A stretch of 64,000 bases of DNA from Planctomycetota bacterium (GTDB lineage: Bacteria > Planctomycetota > B15-G4 > SIAN01), in the NCBI GenBank assembly GCA_031409275.1, contig JANNXA010000027.1, forward strand, positions 1 through 64,000, given 5' to 3'. Both the position numbers and the translations under genes were made by a program. Below, piece after piece: positions 45,280-54,636 of this stretch. Below the pieces are notes generated by a model that was not told where the DNA came from, searched no databases, and was given only the letters and a program-made list of their open reading frames with translations. Numbering within the stretch: the first letter of the stretch is position 1; each line of letters starts with the position of its first letter.

Positions 45280-48200
45280 GTGAAACGAGACTGGCCGTTG
45301 TTGCTGGCGTTGACCATGACCGGGCTGGCCGCGTTGGCGCTCGAGGTGCTGTGGTCGCGAGCGATGATCCCGTGGGTCGGCGGCACCGCGTTGTCGCAGA
45401 TCACCACCGTCGGGATCTACATGGCCGGCCTCTTCGTCGGCTCGGCCTGCGCGGTGCCCCGCCTGGCCAAGGTCGCCGATCCGCGGGCGACCTTCTTCCG
45501 GACCGAGCTGGCCGCCGCGCTGCTGTCGCTGCTCGCGGTGCTGTGCATGCCGCTCGCCGACCCGCTCTTCGCCCTCTTCTCGCGCGGCGAGCTGCTCGGC
45601 AGCGCGACCGGTTCGGTGCTGCGCGGGCTGGTGGGCGCCGGGTTGATGATCCCGGCCACCATCTTGATGGGCTACTCGTTCCCGCTCGCCATCGCCGCCT
45701 TCGAGAAGAGCCAGGGCGGTCGCGGCAATGCGGCGCTCGCCTATGGCGTGAACACGGTGGGCGCGACGCTCGGCACGTTGATCGGCGGCTTCCTGCTGGT
45801 GCCCAAGCTCGGCGTCGTGAACGGCGCGCTCGCCGTCGTGATCGCCGATGTCGTCGCGCTGGTGGTGTTGATGCGCCTGCCGCCGCCACCACCGGTCGAC
45901 GAGCGACTCGCGCGGCGCGACGATCCGCAGCGCCGCGAAGCGATGCCGGCGAGATCGGGCGCGGCCGGGCCCGCTCCCGCTGCGGCGACCAACGATTGGC
46001 CGATGCTGCTCTCGATCTTCATCGGCGGCATGGTGTCGCTCGGATTGCAGGCCGTGCTGTTCCGCGTGCTCGGGTTGCTGCTCGGCCCCACGGCCCGCGC
46101 CTTCACCGTCGTGCTCGCGGTCTACGTGGGCGGGCTTGGTCTTGGGTCGCTGCTGGCCAAGCGCTTCGTCGAGCGCGGCACGCGCAGCGCGAGCGCGCTC
46201 TACCTCGCCTGCTGGTGGATCGTCGGCCTGTGGGGAATGCTGGTCCTGATGCGCGTCGAGGCGCTGACCGGGATCGTCTCCGATCGCCGCGGCGCGGGCA
46301 CCTTCTCGCTGTCCGATCAGCTCCAGCTGCGCGCGCTGATCGCCACCGTGGTCCTGCTGCCGATCACGGCGGCCTTCGGTGCGTCGTACTCGGCGGCCGT
46401 CGCTGCCGCACCCTCCGGCGATGCGCGCCGCGCGAGCCGCCTCTACGCGGCGCTCACGCTCGGCAACATCGTCGGGCTCGGGATCGTGGCGTGGGGCGTG
46501 CTCCCGAACTTCCGGCTCGATCGCGCGCTGCTGCTGGTGCTGGCCGTGGCGTTGGTGACACCGCTGCCGGCGCTGGTCCGATTGCCGCTCGCGCGCGCCA
46601 CGCGCGTCGCGGCCGCGGTGGCGGGCGTCGCGATGGCGCTCGCCGCGTGGCTCGCGCTGCCGGGTTGGCCGCTCAAGGTGATGCACACGGCGGCCTACAT
46701 CCCGGGCTATGCCGAAGGCGCGCCGCGCCAGACCAAGGAAGTGGTCCGCTTCCATCGCTCGGCGTTCGAGACCTCGGTCACCGTCGTGCAGGTGGGGGAG
46801 GACCGTTTCCTGCAGCTCGACGGCAAGACCACCGGATCGACCGACGTGGACGACCAGTCGACGCAAGGGCTGCTCGGCGCATTGCCGACGGCGCTCCATC
46901 CCGACCCCAAGCGCGCCTTCGTCATCGGACTCGGCACCGGCCACACGCCGGCGGAGGTGCTGCGGTACGCCGCAGTGGAGCACGTCGATTGCGCCGAGAT
47001 CAGCCCGGAAGTCGTCGACACCATGTCGCTGTTCGCCGCCGTGAACCGCCGCTGCGACCGCGATCCGCGCTTCCGGATGCTCGAAGCGGATGGCCGGACG
47101 GTCCTGCGTTACGGCGGTGATCGCTACGACCTCGTCATCTCCGAGCCGAGCAACGTCTGGATCCCGGGAGTCGCCCACCTCTTCACGCTCGAGTCGTTCA
47201 GCGACGTGCGTGGCTGCCTCGATCCCGAGGACGGCCTGTGCCTGCAGTGGGTGCAGGGCTACGGCATGCAGATCGACACGCTGCGCACCATCGTGCGCAC
47301 CTTCCTGACCGTCTTCCCGCACGCGTCGCTGTGGTTCTCGTCGTTCGGGCAGCCCGACATCTTCCTGCTCGGGTCGATGGCGCCCTTCGCGATCGACTTC
47401 GACGCGCTCGAGAAGCGGTTGGCGGCGGCGCAGGTGCCCGACGCCATCGCGGGCGGCCGACCGCTCGACGCGATCGAGCTGCTGCGCCATTTCGTGGCCG
47501 GCCCGGCGACCTTGCGCGCGTTCGCCGGCGATGGCCCGCTCACGACCGATGCGCGGCCGAGTCTCGAGTACGCAGCGGAAGAGGCGCTGATGGGCAACGG
47601 CGAATCGCCCGGCACCAACCTCATCGCGAACCTCGCCAAGCCGCCCTTCGAGCTGCTCGCCGACGGCGGCGCGTCGTTGCCGGCGGCGACGCGGGCGACG
47701 ATCGAGCGGCGCGCGGCGGCCAATCGCGAGATCGTGCTGCGTCTCGCCGACACCTCGCGGGCTGCGGCGTTGCTGTCGTCGCGCGGGCTTGCCGAGTGCG
47801 AGGCGCTGCTGGCCCGTTTCCCCGACGATCGTGCGGCGCGCTACGCGATGGTCGGGGCGCTGATGTACGGCTTGTCGCTGCAGTTGCAGCAGGGCGAGAG
47901 CGCGGAGCTGCTTGGCCTGATGAGCCGCGCGGCGAAGCTCGATCCGGACCATCCCGAGTCGCTCAAGTTCGAGGCGATCCGCCGGCTGCCGGAGCGCGAC
48001 GCCGCGCCGGTGCTCGCGTTGATGGACCGCCATGCGGCGGCGCTCGAGCCGTGGCGGCAGATGGCGCAAGTCGATCGCGCGCGCTGCCTCGTCCAGCTCG
48101 GCCAGATTCCGACCGCCATTGTGCAGCTCGAGGAAGTGGTGGCGCGCGACCCGTGGTTCATGTCGGCGTGGCGCGAGCTCGAGAACGCCGCGACGCAGGC

Positions 48201-48342
48201 CGGTCGTCTGGCGCTCGCCGCGAAGGCACGCGCCCGCCTCGACGAGCTCGGCGACGAAGGCCGCAGCCGAGCCAGCCAGGAACGGTTGGAGGCGGAGATG
48301 GCGGAACTCGCGGCCGCGGAGTCCCATCCAGCCGAGCGTTGA
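45280..48342 (+). CDS. Fused MFS-like membrane / spermidine-synthase-like protein with helical C-terminal tail
   Basis: LEVLWSR, LMGYSFP, YGVNTVGATLG; IGLGTGHT, CAEISPEV, DGRTVL, YDLVISEPSNVW, CLQW. Confidence 0.88.
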   Translation: MKRDWPLLLALTMTGLAALALEVLWSRAMIPWVGGTALSQITTVGIYMAGLFVGSACAVPRLAKVADPRATFFRTELAAALLSLLAVLCMPLADPLFALFSRGELLGSATGSVLRGLVGAGLMIPATILMGYSFPLAIAAFEKSQGGRGNAALAYGVNTVGATLGTLIGGFLLVPKLGVVNGALAVVIADVVALVVLMRLPPPPPVDERLARRDDPQRREAMPARSGAAGPAPAAATNDWPMLLSIFIGGMVSLGLQAVLFRVLGLLLGPTARAFTVVLAVYVGGLGLGSLLAKRFVERGTRSASALYLACWWIVGLWGMLVLMRVEALTGIVSDRRGAGTFSLSDQLQLRALIATVVLLPITAAFGASYSAAVAAAPSGDARRASRLYAALTLGNIVGLGIVAWGVLPNFRLDRALLLVLAVALVTPLPALVRLPLARATRVAAAVAGVAMALAAWLALPGWPLKVMHTAAYIPGYAEGAPRQTKEVVRFHRSAFETSVTVVQVGEDRFLQLDGKTTGSTDVDDQSTQGLLGALPTALHPDPKRAFVIGLGTGHTPAEVLRYAAVEHVDCAEISPEVVDTMSLFAAVNRRCDRDPRFRMLEADGRTVLRYGGDRYDLVISEPSNVWIPGVAHLFTLESFSDVRGCLDPEDGLCLQWVQGYGMQIDTLRTIVRTFLTVFPHASLWFSSFGQPDIFLLGSMAPFAIDFDALEKRLAAAQVPDAIAGGRPLDAIELLRHFVAGPATLRAFAGDGPLTTDARPSLEYAAEEALMGNGESPGTNLIANLAKPPFELLADGGASLPAATRATIERRAAANREIVLRLADTSRAAALLSSRGLAECEALLARFPDDRAARYAMVGALMYGLSLQLQQGESAELLGLMSRAAKLDPDHPESLKFEAIRRLPERDAAPVLALMDRHAAALEPWRQMAQVDRARCLVQLGQIPTAIVQLEEVVARDPWFMSAWRELENAATQAGRLALAAKARARLDELGDEGRSRASQERLEAEMAELAAAESHPAER

Positions 48343-48401
48343 CTTGCGTAGCGACCGCTCCGATCGTTCGCCGCATCGACCTCCAGGAGAACTTGGGTTC
48401 C

Positions 48402-49394
48402 ATGACCGCCGAATCGATCGATGCTGCGAGCGACGCCCGGCGCGAGGCCGTGCGCGACGTCTACGCCCAGGCCGCGCTCGAGCCCGACACGAGCCTCTGC
48501 TGCGTCGATGGCGGCACGTGGACGCTGCCCGACCTCGTCTTCCCGCCGCGCATGCTGGAGATGAACTACGGCTGCGGCTCGACCGTGAACCCCTCCGATC
48601 TTTCCGGGACGCGGCCGATCCTCTACGTCGGCGTCGGCGGCGGCCTCGAGGCGCTGCAGTTCGCCTACTTCCGTCGCCAGCGCGGCGGCGTCATCGCCGT
48701 CGACCCGGTCGGCGAGATGCGCGCGGCCGCGCGCGCCAACCTGCTCGAAGCGGAACGGCTCAATCCGTGGTTCAAGAGCGAGTTCGTCGACGTGGTCGAT
48801 TGTCGCGCCGAGGAGCTGCCGGTCGCCGACCACACCGTCGACGTGGTGGCGCAGAACTGCCTCTTCAACGTCTTCGTCGACGGCGATCTCGCCAAGGCGC
48901 TCGCCGAGGTCGCGCGCGTGCTGCGCGTCGGCGGTCGTTTCTCCACCAGCGATCCCGTCACTCCGCGCCCGATCCCGCAGGCGCTTCGCGATGACCACAC
49001 GCTACGGGCGCGCTGCGTGTCCGGCTGCGTGCTCTACGACGAATACCTCGCGGCGATCCATGCCGCCGGCTTCCAGCAGATCGTGGTGCGGGCGCGGCGG
49101 CCGTATCGACTCCTGACGCCGGCCGAGTTCCCCGCGCTGCGCGAGGAGCTGCTGCTCGAGAGCCTTGAAGTGCTGGCCATCAAGGGGCCGCGCCTCGAGG
49201 CGAAGCCCGACCTCTACACCGGTCGCTGCGCCACCTTCGTCGGCGCGGGCACCTGGTATCGCGACGACAAGTTCCCGTTCCCATCCGGGACGCCGATGCA
49301 GGTCTCCGATCGAGTCGCGCTCGAGCTCGGCGCGCGCGCCGACTTCCGCGTCACTCCGCCGACGTTCCACGCGCGCGGGCCGGGGTGCTGCTGA
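48402..49394 (+). CDS. arsM: Arsenite S-adenosylmethyltransferase, arsenosugar-associated type
   Basis: LCC, EMNYGCGSTVNP, YVGVGGGLEALQFAYF, VAQNCLFN, RARCVSG, RARRPYRLL, terminal GCC. Confidence 0.82.
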   Translation: MTAESIDAASDARREAVRDVYAQAALEPDTSLCCVDGGTWTLPDLVFPPRMLEMNYGCGSTVNPSDLSGTRPILYVGVGGGLEALQFAYFRRQRGGVIAVDPVGEMRAAARANLLEAERLNPWFKSEFVDVVDCRAEELPVADHTVDVVAQNCLFNVFVDGDLAKALAEVARVLRVGGRFSTSDPVTPRPIPQALRDDHTLRARCVSGCVLYDEYLAAIHAAGFQQIVVRARRPYRLLTPAEFPALREELLLESLEVLAIKGPRLEAKPDLYTGRCATFVGAGTWYRDDKFPFPSGTPMQVSDRVALELGARADFRVTPPTFHARGPGCC

Positions 49395-50509
49395 TGGCCG
49401 GCGACCCGAAGCGAGTGCGTTTTCACGTCATCGGCGGCTTCCTCGGCGCCGGCAAGACGACCGCGCTGCTGCGCCTCGCCGCGGAGTTCCAGGCGCAGGG
49501 GCTGAAGGTCGGCCTCATCACCAACGACCAGGCCGCGAACCTCGTCGACACGGGGGCGGCGCGCGCGGGGGGCTTTCGCGTCGAGGAGGTCGCCGGCGCC
49601 TGCTTCTGCTGCAAGTTCGATGACCTCGCGCGCCTTGCCGAGAAGCTGCGTGTCGAAGATCGCCCCGACGTGCTGATCGGCGAGCCGGTCGGCAGCTGCA
49701 CCGATCTCGCGGCGACCGTCGTGAAGCCGTTGCAGCGCCTCTACGGCGACCGCTACTCGCTCGCGCCCTACTCGGTCCTCGTCGATCCGACGCGCGCGCG
49801 GCAGATCGTGCTCGATCGCGGATTCGGCGGCTTTTCCGCCAAGGTGGCGTACGTCTTCCAGAAGCAGCTCGAGGAGGCCGACCTGATCGGCCTCAACAAG
49901 ATCGACCTGCTCACGGCTGCGCAGCGCGACGAACTGCAGGGCGCGCTCGCTCGCGAGTTCCCGAAGGCGCGCGTGCTGCCGCTTTCCGGCCTCACCGGCG
50001 CCGGCTTCGCGGAGTGGCGCGCTGCGCTCGCCGAGCCGGTCGCGTCCGGCGGCAACGCGGCCGAAGTCGACTACGACCTCTACGCGGAAGGCGAAGCGGA
50101 ACTCGGTTGGTTGAACCTCGCGTTCGATCTCGCGGCCGCGCGGCCGTTCGCGGCCGAGGTCCTGGTGCGCGATGCCGTGACCGCGTTGCAGCGGGATCTG
50201 CAGGGCCGCGGCGAAGTCGCGCACGCGAAGGTGCTGTTCGAATCGAACGGCGCGACGGTGATCGCCAACCACGTGGGCGGCGGGACGAGCGTGCGCGTGT
50301 CGCGGCCAGGTGCCTTGCTGGCGAGCACGGGGCGATTGGTGGTGAACGCTCGTGTCCACCTTGCGCCCGAGCTCCTGCGCGCCGCAGCGGACCGCGCGCT
50401 CGCCGAGGTCCTCGCGGCGCACGGTGCCGTCGCCACCTTGATCGAGGCCGCGCAATTTCGGCCGGGGCGGCCGGTTCCGACCCACCGCGACCTGCCGGTC
50501 GAGGGATGA
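49394..50509 (+). CDS. CobW/COG0523-like (G3E) metallochaperone GTPase
   Basis: GGFLGAGKTT Walker A, ITNDQ, GACFCC (CxCC), EPVGSCTD, NKID; TGATG overlap with arsM. Confidence 0.88.
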   Translation: MAGDPKRVRFHVIGGFLGAGKTTALLRLAAEFQAQGLKVGLITNDQAANLVDTGAARAGGFRVEEVAGACFCCKFDDLARLAEKLRVEDRPDVLIGEPVGSCTDLAATVVKPLQRLYGDRYSLAPYSVLVDPTRARQIVLDRGFGGFSAKVAYVFQKQLEEADLIGLNKIDLLTAAQRDELQGALAREFPKARVLPLSGLTGAGFAEWRAALAEPVASGGNAAEVDYDLYAEGEAELGWLNLAFDLAAARPFAAEVLVRDAVTALQRDLQGRGEVAHAKVLFESNGATVIANHVGGGTSVRVSRPGALLASTGRLVVNARVHLAPELLRAAADRALAEVLAAHGAVATLIEAAQFRPGRPVPTHRDLPVEG

Positions 50510-50559
50510 CTCCGTAGAGTCGCGCGCGAGGCCAGCCCCGAGTTCGGGAGTCGACGCGC

Positions 50560-53500
50560 GTGGTGGATCCGGATCGACCTGCGAGCGACAGCGAAGGTGC
50601 GGCCGCGCTGCGCGATCTCGTCGCCGAGTGCGTCAAGCGCTACGAGGCGGAGGGCGATCGGGCGCTCGAACTGCTGTGCGCCGCGCACCCCGCGCACGCC
50701 ACGTCGCTGCGCCGCCGCGTCGACCGGTTGCGACTCCTCGGCCTCCTCGGCCGTGGACCGAAGAAGCCGGAGTTGCCGACGCAGCTCGGGGACTTCCGGC
50801 TGCTCGAGCGGATCGGCGAAGGCGGGATGGGAGTGGTCCACCTCGCCGAGCAGCAATCGTTGCAGCGGCGCGTCGCGCTCAAGCTGATCCGACCCGAGCT
50901 GCTCCATTTCGGTCACACGCGCGAGCGCTTCCGTCGCGAGATCGAGTCGATCGCGCGACTCCACCATCCCGGCATCATCACCATCCATGCGGTCGGCGAG
51001 GATGCCGGCCTGCCGTGGTACGCGATGGAGCATGTCGCCGGCGCCACGCTCTCGGCGGCGCTCCTGGCGCTGCGCGGACGTGATCCGGCAACGCTCGCCG
51101 GCTCCGACCTCGCCGCCGTGGTGGCCCAGCGCGCGCACGCCACGATGCCGGCCGCCGGCCGCGAAGAGACCGACGGTGACGCGAGCTGGCTCTTCGAGGG
51201 CAGCTACGCCGAGTGCTGCCTGCGCATCGCGCGCCAGGTCGCCGATGCGCTCGACCACGCGCATCGGCGCGGCGTGCTGCACCGTGACGTCAAGCCGTCG
51301 AACGTGATGCTGACTCCCACCGGCCGCGTGCTGCTGCTCGATTTCGGGCTCGCCGTCGGCAGCGGCTCGGAACGGCTCACCCGCTCGCAGAGCTGGCTCG
51401 GCTCGCTCTCCTATTCGGCGCCGGAGCAACTGCGCGGTGATGGGGCGGCGATCGACGCCAGGAGCGACGTCTATGCGCTCGGCATCACCCTCTACGAACT
51501 GCTGACGCTGTCGTTGCCGCACGTCGGCAAGAGCGTCGAGGAGCTGGCGCGCGCCATCGAGGCGGGGCGGCCGCCTTCGCCGCGCCAGCGCCATCGCGGG
51601 CTGTCGTGGGAGGCGGAGACGGTCTGTCTCGCCGCGATGGAGCTCGACCCGGCGCGGCGCTACGCCAGCGCCGCCGACTTCGCGCGCGATCTGGGCAACG
51701 TGCTGCAGCACCGACCGATCGAGGCGCGCCGTCCGGGGCTGATGCTGCGCGCCCGGCGCCTCGCGCAACGCCATCCCGCGCGTGCCGCGGCCGCGATCTT
51801 CGGGACGCTGCTGCTCCTGGTGGCGCCGATCACGTGGGCGCTGGCGGAGCAGGAGAAGCGGCGCGAACTGACTGCGGCGTTCGTTCGCGAGTCGGCGGCG
51901 CACAACCAGTCCGATCGCGAACGGCGTCGCGGCGACGGGCTGCGCCTCGCGGCGCTCGCGCAGAGCCTCGCCAGCAGCGATCCGACGTTGGCGCTGCTGC
52001 TGGCCATCGAAGCGGCGCAACGCACTCCCGGCGCGCTCGCCAATGACGCGCTGCTGGCCACGCTGGCGACCTGCCACGAGGAAGCGGCGCTGATCGACCG
52101 CGAGAGCGACTGCCTCGACGTCGCCTTCAGCCCCGACGGCACGCTGCTCGCCACTGCCGGATCGAAGGGGTTGGTGCGCCTCTGGTCGGTCGAGTCACGG
52201 CGCATCGTCTTCACCCTCTCGGGTCACGACGATGCCGTGCGGTCGCTCGCGTTCTCGCCCGACGGCAGTGCCATCGCGACCGCCGGCGATGACCGGGTCG
52301 TGCGCCTGTGGAGCGTGGCCGATGGCGTCCTGCGTGGCCGCGTCGAGGGGTTCGCCGGCGCGGTGCGTGGAGTGGTCTGGCTCGATGCGCAGCGCGTCGT
52401 GGCGTGGGGCGCGGAGCCGCTGCTCTTCGTCGCCAGCGCGGCCGACGGGGCGCTCGAACGCACCATCGACCTGGCCGTCGACGGCGCTCCCGCCCAGCCA
52501 CTGGCGGTGCGCTTCCATCCTCGCCAGCCACTCGCCGCCATCGCCACCGACAGGGGAGCGGCGCTGGTCGTCGACCTCGCGCGCGCGGCCACCGCGGCGC
52601 CGCGACGATTCGGGCGGCATGAGGGTTCGCTCAGTGCGGCGGAGTTCCATCCGTTGCAGCCGCTGCTGCTGACGGCTGGCCGCGACGGTCGCGCGGAACT
52701 GCACGACCTCGAGAGCGCAGCGTTGGTGAGCGAACTGCAGAGCAGCGGCGTCGACCTGCTCGCCGCGCAGTTCGCGCCCGATGGCAGCGGGATCGCGACC
52801 ATGTCCCTCGACCATCGCTTGCGCCTCTACGGCATGGCTCGCGCGGAACCGCGCGTCGAGCTGGTGGCGTCCTGGAAGTCGGCCGCGAAGATGGCGTGGT
52901 CCCCCGACAGCCTTCAACTTGCCGTCGGTGGCACCGACGAGTCGACGCGCCTGGTGCGGGCCGAGGATGGCGCCGTCGTCGCGACCTTGACCGTCCACGA
53001 GCGCGACGTGCAGGCGGTGCGATTCAGCGCCGATGGCCGGCGGCTGGCGACCGCGACGCGCGATGCGCATCTCTGGAGCACGCCCGCTCTGGCGGTGCGC
53101 CCGGAGATCGAGGGGCATCGCGATCACGTGGTCTGGGGCACGCTGATCGCCGACGGGCAGCGCTTCGTCACCGTGTCGACCGACAGCGCCGCGATCGCTT
53201 GGGATGCCGCGACGCGGCGCAGCGTCGCGCGCTTCCATCACGACAAGGGCTACCCCAGTCGCGTCGCCGAGAGCCGCGACGGGACGCTGCTGGCGACCAG
53301 CGGCAAGGATGGCGCGGTGCGGGTCTTCGCCGCGCGCAGCGGCCTCCTGCTGAACCGTTTCGAGCCCGGTGGCAACGTGCGCATCATCGAGTTCGCCCCC
53401 GATGGCGATCACGTCGTCATCGACGATCCGACCCACGTGCCCCGCCTCCTGGAGTGGAAGAGTGGTCGCCTCGCGGCGATGCCGGCGAAGGGAGTGCGAG

Positions 53501-54636
53501 GCCATGACGCGTCGATCATGCAGTTCGTCTTCGATCCGAGCGGGCAGCGGCTGCTGAGCGTGGCGCGCGATCACATGCCGATCGTCTGGAGCGTGCCCGG
53601 CTTCGAGCGGCAGTTCGTCCTTGGCGGTCCCGGCAACGCACCGGACGAAGATCGCGGTCACACCGACCAGGTGCACTGCGGAGCGTGGAGTCACGACGGC
53701 AAGCTCCTCGCGACCGGCAGCTTCGACACCACGGTGCGACTCTGGGACGCCGCCACCGGTGCGGCCCGTGCCGTCATCAACGCGCACGACTTCGCCCTCA
53801 CGTCGCTCGCCTTCTCGCCCGACGACACGCTGCTCGCCTCCACGGGCCAGGACGGCGTGGGGAAGCTCTGGCGTGTCGCCAGCGGCGAGCGGCGGATGAC
53901 CTTCTCGGGGTTCGACGAGCTGGTCTGGTCGACGTGCTTCACCCCCGATGGGGCGACCGTCGTCGTCGCTGCCGCAGACGGCAAGGTGCGCCGCTTCCCG
54001 ATCGATCCGCTCGCGCAGGCGCAGCGCCGCCGACCGCGCGACTTCACCGCCGCGGAGCGGCAGGCGTGGGAGCTCGACGGTGCCGCCGACTGGATCGCCG
54101 CCGCCTCGCTGGTGGAGCGCCTCGCCGCCACCCACGTGCGTGCGCAAGAGGTCGCGGTCGCGCTCGCCGCCGACACCTCGCTCTCCGCGGCTGTTTCCGC
54201 CGCGGCGCTGACGCTCTGCGCGGAGCTCGCCGATTCGCCGCGGGATCTGTCGCGCCGCGCCTGGGCCGTCTTTCGCGCGCCGGGTGCAGCCGCGGATCCG
54301 CTGAACCTGCAGCGGGCGGAACTCGCAGTCGCGCTGGCGCCCGACGCGACCGACCATGTCCGCAGCCTTGCCGTCGCCAGGCTTCGCTGCGGCGATCCCG
54401 CCGGCGCGCAATTGCTGCTCGAGCGCAAGGATGTGCTCGACGCGCGCGGCGACCTGCTCGAGGCGCTGACGAGTCGCGCGTTCCTCGCGCTCGCGTTGTG
54501 GCAACAGGGCGCCCGGCCCGCCGCGCGCGAGCGTCTCGCCGAAGCGCTTGCGCTGCGCGCCCAGATCGCGGCCCAGAGCTCGCTGCGTTGGGCCGACTAC
54601 TTCCTGGAAGAGCCGCTGGCCACGGTCACCGAGTGA
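50560..54636 (+). CDS. Ser/Thr protein kinase with TM segment and WD40 repeats
   Basis: IGEGGMGVV, VALK, HRDVKPSN, DFG, APE; many GH...AFSPDG...LAT...VRLW repeats. Confidence 0.93.
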   Translation: MVDPDRPASDSEGAAALRDLVAECVKRYEAEGDRALELLCAAHPAHATSLRRRVDRLRLLGLLGRGPKKPELPTQLGDFRLLERIGEGGMGVVHLAEQQSLQRRVALKLIRPELLHFGHTRERFRREIESIARLHHPGIITIHAVGEDAGLPWYAMEHVAGATLSAALLALRGRDPATLAGSDLAAVVAQRAHATMPAAGREETDGDASWLFEGSYAECCLRIARQVADALDHAHRRGVLHRDVKPSNVMLTPTGRVLLLDFGLAVGSGSERLTRSQSWLGSLSYSAPEQLRGDGAAIDARSDVYALGITLYELLTLSLPHVGKSVEELARAIEAGRPPSPRQRHRGLSWEAETVCLAAMELDPARRYASAADFARDLGNVLQHRPIEARRPGLMLRARRLAQRHPARAAAAIFGTLLLLVAPITWALAEQEKRRELTAAFVRESAAHNQSDRERRRGDGLRLAALAQSLASSDPTLALLLAIEAAQRTPGALANDALLATLATCHEEAALIDRESDCLDVAFSPDGTLLATAGSKGLVRLWSVESRRIVFTLSGHDDAVRSLAFSPDGSAIATAGDDRVVRLWSVADGVLRGRVEGFAGAVRGVVWLDAQRVVAWGAEPLLFVASAADGALERTIDLAVDGAPAQPLAVRFHPRQPLAAIATDRGAALVVDLARAATAAPRRFGRHEGSLSAAEFHPLQPLLLTAGRDGRAELHDLESAALVSELQSSGVDLLAAQFAPDGSGIATMSLDHRLRLYGMARAEPRVELVASWKSAAKMAWSPDSLQLAVGGTDESTRLVRAEDGAVVATLTVHERDVQAVRFSADGRRLATATRDAHLWSTPALAVRPEIEGHRDHVVWGTLIADGQRFVTVSTDSAAIAWDAATRRSVARFHHDKGYPSRVAESRDGTLLATSGKDGAVRVFAARSGLLLNRFEPGGNVRIIEFAPDGDHVVIDDPTHVPRLLEWKSGRLAAMPAKGVRGHDASIMQFVFDPSGQRLLSVARDHMPIVWSVPGFERQFVLGGPGNAPDEDRGHTDQVHCGAWSHDGKLLATGSFDTTVRLWDAATGAARAVINAHDFALTSLAFSPDDTLLASTGQDGVGKLWRVASGERRMTFSGFDELVWSTCFTPDGATVVVAAADGKVRRFPIDPLAQAQRRRPRDFTAAERQAWELDGAADWIAAASLVERLAATHVRAQEVAVALAADTSLSAAVSAAALTLCAELADSPRDLSRRAWAVFRAPGAAADPLNLQRAELAVALAPDATDHVRSLAVARLRCGDPAGAQLLLERKDVLDARGDLLEALTSRAFLALALWQQGARPAARERLAEALALRAQIAAQSSLRWADYFLEEPLATVTE

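Noticed and set aside
49392..49394. TGA after GCC in arsM as possible selenocysteine
   Set aside because: This ArsM type ends in CC, and the TGA overlaps the ATG of the next gene; it is an ordinary stop.
32003..50509. Single coherent Se/As metalloid island (TVP38, selenoprotein, SenB-like fragment, EgtD, ArsM)
   Set aside because: The genes are in different transcription units separated by unrelated genes, and no island boundaries or selD/arsS are present. They are reported individually instead.
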